Source: a virus (lineage: Duplodnaviria > Caudoviricetes). Taken from it: a stretch of DNA of 35,497 nt. This document shows, piece by piece, positions 8,523 to 15,713 of this stretch; position 1 is the stretch's first letter; each line of letters starts with the position of its first letter. Below the pieces are notes generated by a model. It was given only the letters and a program-made list of their open reading frames with translations, was not told the DNA's origin and did not search any database. Location: positions 1-35,497 of the IMG/VR virus record IMGVR_UViG_3300032295_000660. The stretch is one strand, 5' to 3'. The position numbers were made by a program, and so were the translations under genes.

Positions 8523-9219
8523 CGTCGAACACCCCATCAAAGATTGCGCGGGAGGCTGCAGCGTGCTTGTGCTCGTTGCGGCCAGCCGTCCTAGCCTGGT
8601 TCTGTCGCCTCACCCAGTTGCGCCAGGTTGCATCCCAGTCGGTCTTGACGCCTTTCTGTCCAGGCTGGGCGATCCAGTAATCCCTGAACTCGTCAAACAC
8701 CTGTTTGGGCACAAGGTCGGGACGTTCCTGTTTGCAGAAGTGAAACCAGTCAGTCGGCAGAAGGCAGTCTGCTGGCAAGCGCGAGCCGCGCTGCTTTCCT
8801 GTCTCCTGTTTCTTGGTTACTGGTTCTTGGTTTATGGTTATTGGTTCATGGTTAGGTGGCGCTTCGTTCACGCTTGGTGCACGGTTCGTGCTTTTCTCTC
8901 TACGCTTCGTTTCACGATCAAGGGCGATCTGTTTGTTTTTGTCGGCCTTGGCGTGGTAGTCCAGAAGCTCGGCCAGGATGCGGTCTTGCACATACTGGCC
9001 ATCGTCATCCAGTTTGAAAAACCGGCTGAGCACAAACTTAACCGCCTCAACTTCGGCATCAGTACTGGCCCAAGTCCACTCGATGGCCTCTTCAAGCGTG
9101 GGGAACTTCTCACGGTCGTAGCACGAATCAATCAGAAGCGTGTACGCACCGTGCTGCAACATGGACAGCCGTCCGCATTTTTTGGCGTAGTCGCCTAGGT
9201 TTCTTTTGTAATAGTGCAT
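8515..9219 (-). CDS. Replication initiator, DUF1376 (YdaU-like)
   Basis: MHYYKRNLGDY...LSMLQHGAYTLLID..Y N-terminus; FRDYW...DW.ATWRNW C-terminus; internal repeats. Confidence 0.85.
   Translation of the reverse strand: MHYYKRNLGDYAKKCGRLSMLQHGAYTLLIDSCYDREKFPTLEEAIEWTWASTDAEVEAVKFVLSRFFKLDDDGQYVQDRILAELLDYHAKADKNKQIALDRETKRREKSTNRAPSVNEAPPNHEPITINQEPVTKKQETGKQRGSRLPADCLLPTDWFHFCKQERPDLVPKQVFDEFRDYWIAQPGQKGVKTDWDATWRNWVRRQNQARTAGRNEHKHAAASRAIFDGVFDDE
8812..8916. repeat. Putative replication origin: six 7-mers (NNTGGTT) plus iteron-like AC(G/C)AA(G/C)CG repeats
   Basis: CTTGGTT ACTGGTT CTTGGTT TATGGTT ATTGGTT CATGGTT at 8812-8853; 11-bp-period repeats from about 8860. Confidence 0.6.
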
Positions 9220-9230
9220 TGCACTTCCTC

Positions 9231-9310
9231 GCAAACCCTCCAGAAAGACTTACGGCAGGCGGGAGGTTCGCTTTTCGAGTGGGTAGCTACTCCCACCCTA
9301 GCCGGGTCTT
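9231..9310 (-). ncRNA. Structured 5' leader of the initiator gene (three-way junction with possible pseudoknot)
   Basis: AAGAC/GTCTT, CGGC/GCCG, GTGGG/CCCAC, GCG/CGC pairings; loop CCTCC complementary to downstream GGAGG. Confidence 0.55.
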
Positions 9311-9315
9311 GCATC

Positions 9316-9344
9316 ACTTTACCTCAGGCGACCATGTCGCTCAA
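9316..9344 (-). promoter_or_regulatory. Sigma70-type promoter TTGAGC-17-TAAAGT
   Basis: 17-bp spacing; predicted start about 9310, the first base of the structured leader. Confidence 0.55.
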
Positions 9345-9536
9345 GGACTTTCGGAAAGCTTGCCCAAATTTCTTGTCCAAAACTGGCCGCCACTTGTGCG
9401 CCACGCCATTGTTGGCCCAGGCTTGCACGGCAGGGCCGCTGACATCTCCCAAAGCCTTGGCCAACTTTGCATAGCTGCCCGCCTGCTTATGAGCAAAGTC
9501 ATAGACGTGAAGGTAATAGGTGTCATCTTTTTTCAT
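9324..9536 (-). CDS. Cro-like HTH regulator
   Basis: AGSYAKLAKALGDVSGPAVQAW HTH; first gene of the leftward arm. Confidence 0.75.
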   Translation of the reverse strand: MKKDDTYYLHVYDFAHKQAGSYAKLAKALGDVSGPAVQAWANNGVAHKWRPVLDKKFGQAFRKSLSDMVA

Positions 9537-9659
9537 AGACCAGACTATAACAGAAGTTTTTAACGTGACTAAAAATTTATTTTTGCGGAATCCTGTAAAA
9601 TTTTCTTGTAATGGTGTATGATTCGTTTCACCAACAACCACCCACGAAAGGTAAACACG
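9537..9659. promoter_or_regulatory. Divergent AT-rich control region
   Basis: Leftward TGtTATAGT (-10 at 9549-9544); rightward TATGAT at 9617-9622; lies between the two arms. Confidence 0.65.
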
Positions 9660-9845
9660 ATGCAAGACGACTTTTACATAAACGCGGTGGACGGCAATGC
9701 CGCCATCGTCAGCCAAAACGAGGAGCACATCTCGCTTGGCCTGCACATCCGAGGCGGCAGCTGCCGCATAGACCTGACGCCAGCGCAGGCCCAGGAACTG
9801 ATCAACGCAATCACCCAGACTTTGAACCAGGAGACAACAGCATGA
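9660..9845 (+). CDS. Hypothetical protein
   Basis: AAAGGT SD; ATGA overlap with ERF. Confidence 0.65.
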   Translation: MQDDFYINAVDGNAAIVSQNEEHISLGLHIRGGSCRIDLTPAQAQELINAITQTLNQETTA

Positions 9846-10423
9846 AAGAGATCGCAGCCGCATTGGTCAAGGCCCAGAAAGCCTTTGGCCCAGCCCTCAA
9901 GACAAAAACAAACCCGCACCTCAAAGCAAAGTATGCCGACCTGGGCGACTGCATTGAGGCCGTGATCGATGGACTGAACAACAACGGCATCGCCCTGATG
10001 CAACAGACGCACGAATGCGAATCTGGCGTCCTGGTCGAAACAGTCTTCATCCACGAATCCGGTGAAACGTACTCGGCCGGCAAGTTCCACGTTCCAGCCG
10101 TCAAGCATGACGCGCAAGGGTACGGCAGCGCCCTGACTTACGCACGCCGCTACAGCCTGATGGCCGCCTGCGGCATTGCCCCAGAAGACGACGACGGCCA
10201 GGCCACCAGCAAGAAAACTCCGAAGCAGCTGGACGGTTACCCAGAATACGAAGCCGAGACACTTCCAGCCATGCGAGAAGCCGCGCTGCAGGGCAACGAG
10301 ACGCTGGTCTCAGCGTTCCAGGCTTTGCCCAAGTCGGCACACAAGGCCGCGTTCTGGCAAGCCCAGGGGCCAGCCCTCAAGAAGGCCGCCAAGGCCGCTG
10401 ACGAGCAGGAGACAACAGCATGA
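9842..10423 (+). CDS. erf: ERF-family ssDNA-annealing protein
   Basis: AAALVKAQ...NPHLKAKYADL...HESGE...QGYGSALTYARRYSL...EDDDG. Confidence 0.92.
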   Translation: MKEIAAALVKAQKAFGPALKTKTNPHLKAKYADLGDCIEAVIDGLNNNGIALMQQTHECESGVLVETVFIHESGETYSAGKFHVPAVKHDAQGYGSALTYARRYSLMAACGIAPEDDDGQATSKKTPKQLDGYPEYEAETLPAMREAALQGNETLVSAFQALPKSAHKAAFWQAQGPALKKAAKAADEQETTA

Positions 10424-10620
10424 AACGCATCTATGACGACCACCTGCACATGATGGAAGCGATGGGCGGAAGTTTTGTCAAATCGCTGGCCGCGTGCTAC
10501 TACTGTGCGGACAGCTCCAACAAGCCACGCCTAGAGGCGGCATTTCCAGAGTACTTCAATAAGTACCGGGAGATGTGGAAAGAGCACAAAGCCAAATTGA
10601 ATGAGCAGGAGGCAGCATGA
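10420..10620 (+). CDS. Hypothetical protein
   Basis: SD and ATGA overlaps on both sides. Confidence 0.7.
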   Translation: MKRIYDDHLHMMEAMGGSFVKSLAACYYCADSSNKPRLEAAFPEYFNKYREMWKEHKAKLNEQEAA

Positions 10621-11243
10621 GAGTCATCACAGCAGATCAAGGCACCGAAGAGTGGAAGCAAGCCCGAGTCGGTGTGCCATCCGGCTCAAAGTTCAGCGAC
10701 ATCATGGCCAAGGGAGGTGGGGCAACTCGCGCCACTTACCTGACCGCCTTGGCTTTGGAGCGCATCACAGGGGTGCGCGAAGAGTTCAAGACAACCTTTG
10801 CCATGGATCAGGGAACCGAGCGCGAGCCTTTCGCACGGTCAGCATACGAGGCCCACACAGGCCAGTTTGTCACCGAGATAGGCTTTTGCATGCACGACAC
10901 GCTGCAGGTCGGTGTCAGCCCTGACGGCCTGGTTGGCAAGGACGGCATGACCGAATACAAGTGCCCGATGCCAAAGACCCACCTGGAGTATTTGCGGCTT
11001 GAGGCAGGCAAGTGCCCGACGGCTTACCGCTGGCAGGTGCAGGGCCAGCTCTGGGTGGCCGAGCGCGAGTGGTGCGACTTCGTGTCCTACAACCCAGACT
11101 TCCCAGAAAATGCCCAGCTCATCATTCGCCGGGTGATGCGTGACGAGAAGGCCATCAAGGAGCTGGAGATCGAGGTGCTCAAGTTCCTCGGGGACATCGA
11201 GCGCGAGGTCGAGTTCATCAAGTCTTACAAGGATGCAGCATGA
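10617..11243 (+). CDS. YqaJ/lambda-exonuclease family protein
   Basis: QGTEEW..AR.G..SGS, GTERE..AR..YE, SPDGLV, EYKCP, QVQGQLW, CDFVSY. Confidence 0.93.
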   Translation: MRVITADQGTEEWKQARVGVPSGSKFSDIMAKGGGATRATYLTALALERITGVREEFKTTFAMDQGTEREPFARSAYEAHTGQFVTEIGFCMHDTLQVGVSPDGLVGKDGMTEYKCPMPKTHLEYLRLEAGKCPTAYRWQVQGQLWVAEREWCDFVSYNPDFPENAQLIIRRVMRDEKAIKELEIEVLKFLGDIEREVEFIKSYKDAA

Positions 11244-11443
11244 GCGACACAAACACAGGCGGCCCAGCGTTTCCGTCACCAACGGATGGAATGCTTGATA
11301 ACGAAGGCATGACATTGCGCGATTACTTTGCGGCCAAAGCGATGCAGGGCTTCATAGCGGCCGGTCGATTTCAAGGGCACGCGTCTTGCGCAGTCGATTC
11401 TTACGCCATGGCCGATGCCATGCTGAAAGCGAGTGCAGCATGA
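11240..11443 (+). CDS. Conserved small phage protein (GGPAFP...GMTLRDYFAAKAMQG)
   Basis: Recognisable widespread phage motif; ATGA overlaps. Confidence 0.8.
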   Translation: MSDTNTGGPAFPSPTDGMLDNEGMTLRDYFAAKAMQGFIAAGRFQGHASCAVDSYAMADAMLKASAA

Positions 11444-11727
11444 AAGGCCGAGATCTTCGAGACGCTGGCATCGCTGCCGTGTCCATTGGCCGCGAGGACT
11501 GGATCGCCAAGGCACGCGACATGGCCATCTGGATTGCCAAGGAATCCGGTCAAGTCAGCATCAACGACGTCCGGCATTTGATCGACCTGCCGGGCGATTA
11601 CCACCCAAGCACTTGGGGTGCTGTTTTCAAGAGCAAAGATTTCAAGGCAGTGGGTTACTGCCAAGCCACCCACCCATCGGCCCACGCTCGGGTCGTTCGG
11701 GTTTACAAACTGAAGGAGCAAGCATGA
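11440..11727 (+). CDS. Hypothetical phage protein
   Basis: ATG at 11440, ATGA overlaps; MKGRDLRDAGI...WGAVF. Confidence 0.7.
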   Translation: MKGRDLRDAGIAAVSIGREDWIAKARDMAIWIAKESGQVSINDVRHLIDLPGDYHPSTWGAVFKSKDFKAVGYCQATHPSAHARVVRVYKLKEQA

Positions 11728-12146
11728 AAGCACAAGGACTGGCACGCATCGGCAAGGACGCCGAGGTGCGATTTACACCAGGCGGCACGGCCGTAGCCAA
11801 CGTTTCGCTGGCATTCACCTACGGCAAGAAGGGCGACGACGGAAAACGCCCAACGCAGTGGGTTGACGCATCGATATGGGGCCAACGCGCCGAGCCGATG
11901 GCACCTTACCTGCTCAAGGGCAAGCAGATCGTGGCGTACCTTGAGGACGTGCACCTGCAGACCTACACCAAAGGCGACGGCACGCAGAACACAAAAATGG
12001 TGGCACGCCTGTCCGATCTTGAATTTGTTTCTGACAATTCAGACCACAAACCAACACAAAAGCCGCAAAGTGCGCCACAATCACGTCCAGCGCCAGCACA
12101 GCAAGGCTCAGGCTTTGACGACATGGACGACGACATTCCCTTCTGA
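11724..12146 (+). CDS. ssb: Single-stranded DNA-binding protein
   Basis: RIGKDAEVRFTPGG.AVANVSLA...TQWV...WG; acidic tail DDMDDDIPF. Confidence 0.93.
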   Translation: MKAQGLARIGKDAEVRFTPGGTAVANVSLAFTYGKKGDDGKRPTQWVDASIWGQRAEPMAPYLLKGKQIVAYLEDVHLQTYTKGDGTQNTKMVARLSDLEFVSDNSDHKPTQKPQSAPQSRPAPAQQGSGFDDMDDDIPF

Positions 12147-12157
12147 TGGAGACAAAA

Positions 12158-12664
12158 ATGGAAGAGCAACAACCAAAGCGGCCACCGTTCAAGGTGTCTG
12201 GGTCGGCAGCGATCAAGCACCTGAACGTGCGCAAGGAAGGGCCAGAAGACGAGAAGATTCTGGCCGTGGACATCAAGATGGAGATCAAAGGCATCGACAA
12301 AGCGCTGTGCGGGTACTTTGACGACTCCCTGGAGGCCTTCTTGTGGCGAGGTGATACCAATGCCCTGATCGTCCGCAATCTCTGGCTGACGCCGGTGCAA
12401 TACGGCAACCTGGTGTCGTCGGCCACGGCGGAGATCGGCAGCCAGACCTTTTTCGGTGCCGAGATCAAGAAGTTCAGCATCGCACCGCGTGACGGTGGAG
12501 TGATTGCGCTGACCTGCAGCGTGACCATCTACCCCACCGCGCAAGAAGTCTCGCAGCTGGCCAAGCTGGTGCAAGACGAAACCCGCGTCCTTCTTGAAGG
12601 GCCGCCAGACCTTTTCGATTCATCAACTACAACGGAGCAACCATGCACGAACAACGTCAACTGA
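12158..12664 (+). CDS. Hypothetical protein
   Basis: GGAG SD before 12158 (alternative start 12146); fills the operon. Confidence 0.7.
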   Translation: MEEQQPKRPPFKVSGSAAIKHLNVRKEGPEDEKILAVDIKMEIKGIDKALCGYFDDSLEAFLWRGDTNALIVRNLWLTPVQYGNLVSSATAEIGSQTFFGAEIKKFSIAPRDGGVIALTCSVTIYPTAQEVSQLAKLVQDETRVLLEGPPDLFDSSTTTEQPCTNNVN

Positions 12665-12879
12665 CTTTTGGAGAGAAGGCTGTCGGCCTGACATTCAACC
12701 CAAGCGGAGACCCAACGGTCGAAGCCATCAAACGCAAGTGCGCAGACCTGATCGACGAGATTCACGAATTGCGCACCAATCAGCCAAACGCTGAGATCGC
12801 ACGGATGGCAAGTTTGGCCATCACGGAAATTCAGGCTGGCCAAATGTGGGCAGTCAAAGCAGCCACTTGGAAATTTTGA
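12643..12879 (+). CDS. Acb2/Tad1-like helical hairpin protein (putative immune-signal sponge)
   Basis: GEKAVGLTFNPS...IK..CADLID...R.ASLAITEIQAGQMWAVKAAT. Confidence 0.65.
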   Translation: MHEQRQLTFGEKAVGLTFNPSGDPTVEAIKRKCADLIDEIHELRTNQPNAEIARMASLAITEIQAGQMWAVKAATWKF

Positions 12880-12889
12880 GGAGAAACCA

Positions 12890-13117
12890 ATGAGCACACG
12901 CATTTACCTGGTCACCGACGTGGAGACCAACAAGCACCGCCTGATTCGCGCAGGCAATCAGGCCCAGGCCATCCGACACGCCGCCCAAACCCGGTTCGAC
13001 ATTGAGGTTGCTGGCCAGGACGATCTGGTGAGTCTGCTGACCAATGGCATTCCGGTCGAGCTGGCTGGCGCTGGCGCCACAGTGGACATGTTTGAAGAAG
13101 CGCAGGAGGCAGCATGA
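12890..13117 (+). CDS. Hypothetical protein
   Basis: GAGGAG SD; RIYLV...RLIRA.NQAQAIRH.A. Confidence 0.75.
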   Translation: MSTRIYLVTDVETNKHRLIRAGNQAQAIRHAAQTRFDIEVAGQDDLVSLLTNGIPVELAGAGATVDMFEEAQEAA

Positions 13118-13548
13118 GAATCTTCATCGATGGCGAGTGGAACAGCTACGGTGGAGAACTGATCTCGCTGGCGCTGGTTGCTGAGGATGGCCGCAGTTTT
13201 TATGAGGTGCTTGGCTGCGAAAACCCAGACCCATGGGTTACTGAAAACGTCATGCCAAAGCTAGCAAAGCCATGGATCGTCATGCAATCTCTGCAACAGC
13301 AGTTGGAATATTTTCTCAGCCAGTTTGACAGCGTGCACATCATTGCCGACTGGCCAGAGGACATCATGTGGTTTTGCAAGGTCTTGATCACTGGCCCAGG
13401 CACACGGCTGGACACGCCGCCATTGACGATGCAGATTCTGCGCGTCGACACGGTTTCCCAAAATCCACACAATGCGCTGGCAGATGCCCAGGCACTGCGC
13501 GACTGGTATGTCAGCGTGGACATGAATGAAGTAAGGAGTGAAGAATGA
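13114..13548 (+). CDS. DEDDh 3'-5' exonuclease (Rv2179c/DUF5051-like)
   Basis: FIDGEW, LISLALV...FY, ADWPED, HNALADA. Confidence 0.85.
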   Translation: MRIFIDGEWNSYGGELISLALVAEDGRSFYEVLGCENPDPWVTENVMPKLAKPWIVMQSLQQQLEYFLSQFDSVHIIADWPEDIMWFCKVLITGPGTRLDTPPLTMQILRVDTVSQNPHNALADAQALRDWYVSVDMNEVRSEE

Positions 13549-13697
13549 CCACAGGAAACAAACGCCAATACGTGACCGTCCGGCTGCCGGACGACATCAT
13601 GGCCAAGCTGAAGGCTGAGGCCGAGCGCAACACCCGCAGCCTGTCTGCCCAGGTGCTGCACTTCCTGAAACAAGGCTTGGAAAAGGTGAAAGCATGA
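13545..13697 (+). CDS. Arc-like ribbon-helix-helix regulator (50 aa)
   Basis: Hand-translated VTVRLPDDIMAKLKAEAERNTRSLSAQVLHFL; AAGGAG SD; not in the ORF track. Confidence 0.85.
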   Translation: MTTGNKRQYVTVRLPDDIMAKLKAEAERNTRSLSAQVLHFLKQGLEKVKA

Positions 13698-13822
13698 AGA
13701 GAGGCTGGCAGTTCGACGTGGAGTGGTTCACGCACCGCTGGCCGCTGTTTGTGTGCGGCATTCACCAAGGCCAGTTCTGCCTGTGCCTTTGGGTGGTCGA
13801 TGTGACCATCTGGAGGTACTGA
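13694..13822 (+). CDS. Small Trp/Cys-rich hypothetical protein (42 aa)
   Basis: MKRGWQFDVEWFTHRWPLFVCGIHQGQFCLCLWVVDVTIWRY; ATGA and TGATG overlaps. Confidence 0.55.
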   Translation: MKRGWQFDVEWFTHRWPLFVCGIHQGQFCLCLWVVDVTIWRY

Positions 13823-13974
13823 TGGACAAACGGCACATGCTGATGGCATACCTTAAGCCATCGAAAATGCACCTGGCCGTCTGCAAGGCCGCTGGCTGCG
13901 GGTGCCGTCCCGCGCTGGCGGTCTTTTTCGACCGAGTGGAAAAAACCTTCAGCATTTTGGAGTTCAAGCCATGA
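13822..13974 (+). CDS. Small hypothetical protein (50 aa)
   Basis: GGAGG SD; overlaps on both sides. Confidence 0.55.
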   Translation: MDKRHMLMAYLKPSKMHLAVCKAAGCGCRPALAVFFDRVEKTFSILEFKP

Positions 13975-14522
13975 ATGAAAACGAAGCCAAACTGGACATG
14001 CTGGTGGCAGAGCTGGACTACGAGAACCGGCTTTTACGCGCCAGAAACGACCGCCTGATGCGTGAGGCCGAGGCGACCAACTTCGACCGTACAGCGGCCT
14101 GGCTGAAGGCCTGCGGCAAGGAGCAGCTGAACCCTGCGAACCTTTCCACACAGATTGGATGCCACTTGGAAGAGTTCTGGGAGTTCCTGGATTGCATCAA
14201 GCTGGACAGCGAGGACGACGAGCAGCTGTTGCACTCCATCATCGATGACATGGGCAGGCTTTCAAATGCCATCAAGCGCGGCCTAATCCAGGCACGCATC
14301 AGCGAATCCATGCGGGTTCATGCGCTCGATGCACTGTGCGACAGTGAGGTGACCGGCAACGGCATCGCCTACCTTGCGAACTTCGACAAGAACGGAGCCG
14401 ACAAGGAGGTGCTGGCCAGCAACGAGTCCAAGCTGGTCGACGGAAAGCCAGTTCTGATGCCAGGCGGCAAGATCGGCAAAGGCCCGAACTATAAAGCGCC
14501 AGAACTGGAGAAGTTCGTGTGA
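13971..14522 (+). CDS. MazG-like/all-alpha NTP pyrophosphohydrolase
   Basis: LEEFWEFL, LDALCD..VT, EVLASNESK...GKIGKGPNY. Confidence 0.8.
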   Translation: MNENEAKLDMLVAELDYENRLLRARNDRLMREAEATNFDRTAAWLKACGKEQLNPANLSTQIGCHLEEFWEFLDCIKLDSEDDEQLLHSIIDDMGRLSNAIKRGLIQARISESMRVHALDALCDSEVTGNGIAYLANFDKNGADKEVLASNESKLVDGKPVLMPGGKIGKGPNYKAPELEKFV

Positions 14523-14995
14523 AGCGCAAGTGGCACAAGCGGTACACGATGATGGACGAGCTCCTGGCCAGTCCGACCGAGCCTTTGCCAGAGGCTTGGC
14601 GGGTTGGCCAGCTCACCAAGATGTACGAAGGCCTGCACCAGCTCGAGCAAGGCGACGATCCGCAGCCGGACGACTGGCGTCTGGTTTCGGACGCCGTGAA
14701 CCTGGTCGAGACGCTGGTGGTCGAGATGAAGGTCTGCGAGGACGCCAATGGCCTGCTGATGGACGCCATCACAGCCTTGGCCAAGGCAGGAAAGCGCAGC
14801 AAGGCCGGGCAAGGCCTGCGCCTGGACGGTGAAGGCATCGTGGCCGTGCGTTCGATCCTGCGCGACTACGCCGAGTTGATCGATGTGCTGCCAGCCAGGA
14901 CGATGGTGAGGTGTCATCGGCTGACCGAGAAACGCATCCAGGACATGCTGGACGGGAAGAAGCGGCCAAACGACATTGAGATTTGCGATCTCTGA
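14519..14995 (+). CDS. Hypothetical phage protein
   Basis: GTGA overlap, GGAG SD. Confidence 0.7.
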   Translation: MKRKWHKRYTMMDELLASPTEPLPEAWRVGQLTKMYEGLHQLEQGDDPQPDDWRLVSDAVNLVETLVVEMKVCEDANGLLMDAITALAKAGKRSKAGQGLRLDGEGIVAVRSILRDYAELIDVLPARTMVRCHRLTEKRIQDMLDGKKRPNDIEICDL

Positions 14996-15021
14996 TTAGT
15001 AAAAACCCCTACAAAATAATT

Positions 15022-15051
15022 TTGCAGCTTTGTGGGTGAATGTGGTACTAT
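15022..15051 (+). promoter_or_regulatory. Sigma70-type promoter TTGCAG-18-TACTAT with extended TG
   Basis: AT-rich intergenic gap; consensus-like boxes. Confidence 0.6.
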
Positions 15052-15076
15052 CAAGGCATCAACACAGGAGAACTCG

Positions 15077-15241
15077 ATGAAGCACTGGAAACACACGCAA
15101 CACCCCTACAGCGACGAGATCAAGCGCCGTCTGTTTGTCACCAAGACCGAGCGCCGCTGCGAGGCTGCAGCAGACTATCTGCTGGCCTTGGCCATCGGAT
15201 GCGGCCTGGCCGCCCTGCTGGTTGCCTGGTGGAGCTCATGA
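15077..15241 (+). CDS. Small membrane protein
   Basis: AGGAG SD; hydrophobic C-terminus. Confidence 0.6.
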   Translation: MKHWKHTQHPYSDEIKRRLFVTKTERRCEAAADYLLALAIGCGLAALLVAWWSS

Positions 15242-15489
15242 TGGAAATCGAAAGCCGCATCTCAGGAATCCCCTGCCTCATCCGAGTGACCCACTTCGAG
15301 AGCGTGCGCGGGTCGTACAGCTACAACGCGCCCAGCGACATGGACTATTACGGCTACAGCGAGTGCGAGTGGGAAGTGCTCGACCGCAATGGCAGACCGG
15401 CTGCGTGGCTGGAGCGCAAGCTCACCGACGCCGACCGCAGCCGTATCGATCAGGAGATCGAGGAAGCCATGACCGAGGATGCGTACTGA
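15238..15489 (+). CDS. Hypothetical phage protein
   Basis: GIPCLI.V...APSDMDYYGY.E.EWEVLDR.GR.A.WLERK. Confidence 0.75.
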   Translation: MMEIESRISGIPCLIRVTHFESVRGSYSYNAPSDMDYYGYSECEWEVLDRNGRPAAWLERKLTDADRSRIDQEIEEAMTEDAY

Positions 15490-15713
15490 TGGACGCGCTC
15501 GGCCACTACGACAGGCTGTATGGCGATCTGGGCTTGTCTCCAAAGGACGCCGCCCAGTGGGTGTTCGTCTCAGGCTGGAACAGCGCCATGCAGGAGGCTC
15601 TGGAGCGCATCCAGGCCATGCCGCTGCAACCGGACACCAATGCATCGTTTGCGGTCTATTTCCAGCAGATGATGGTGATTGACGCATCGACCATTCAAGC
15701 GAGGATGCAATGA
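15489..15713 (+). CDS. Hypothetical protein
   Basis: GAGGA SD; TGATG and ATGA overlaps. Confidence 0.6.
   Translation: MDALGHYDRLYGDLGLSPKDAAQWVFVSGWNSAMQEALERIQAMPLQPDTNASFAVYFQQMMVIDASTIQARMQ

Noticed and set aside
9324-9863. 179-aa extended version of the cro-like ORF
   Set aside because: The extension crosses the promoter region and overlaps opposite-strand genes; ATG 9536 fits a Cro-sized protein
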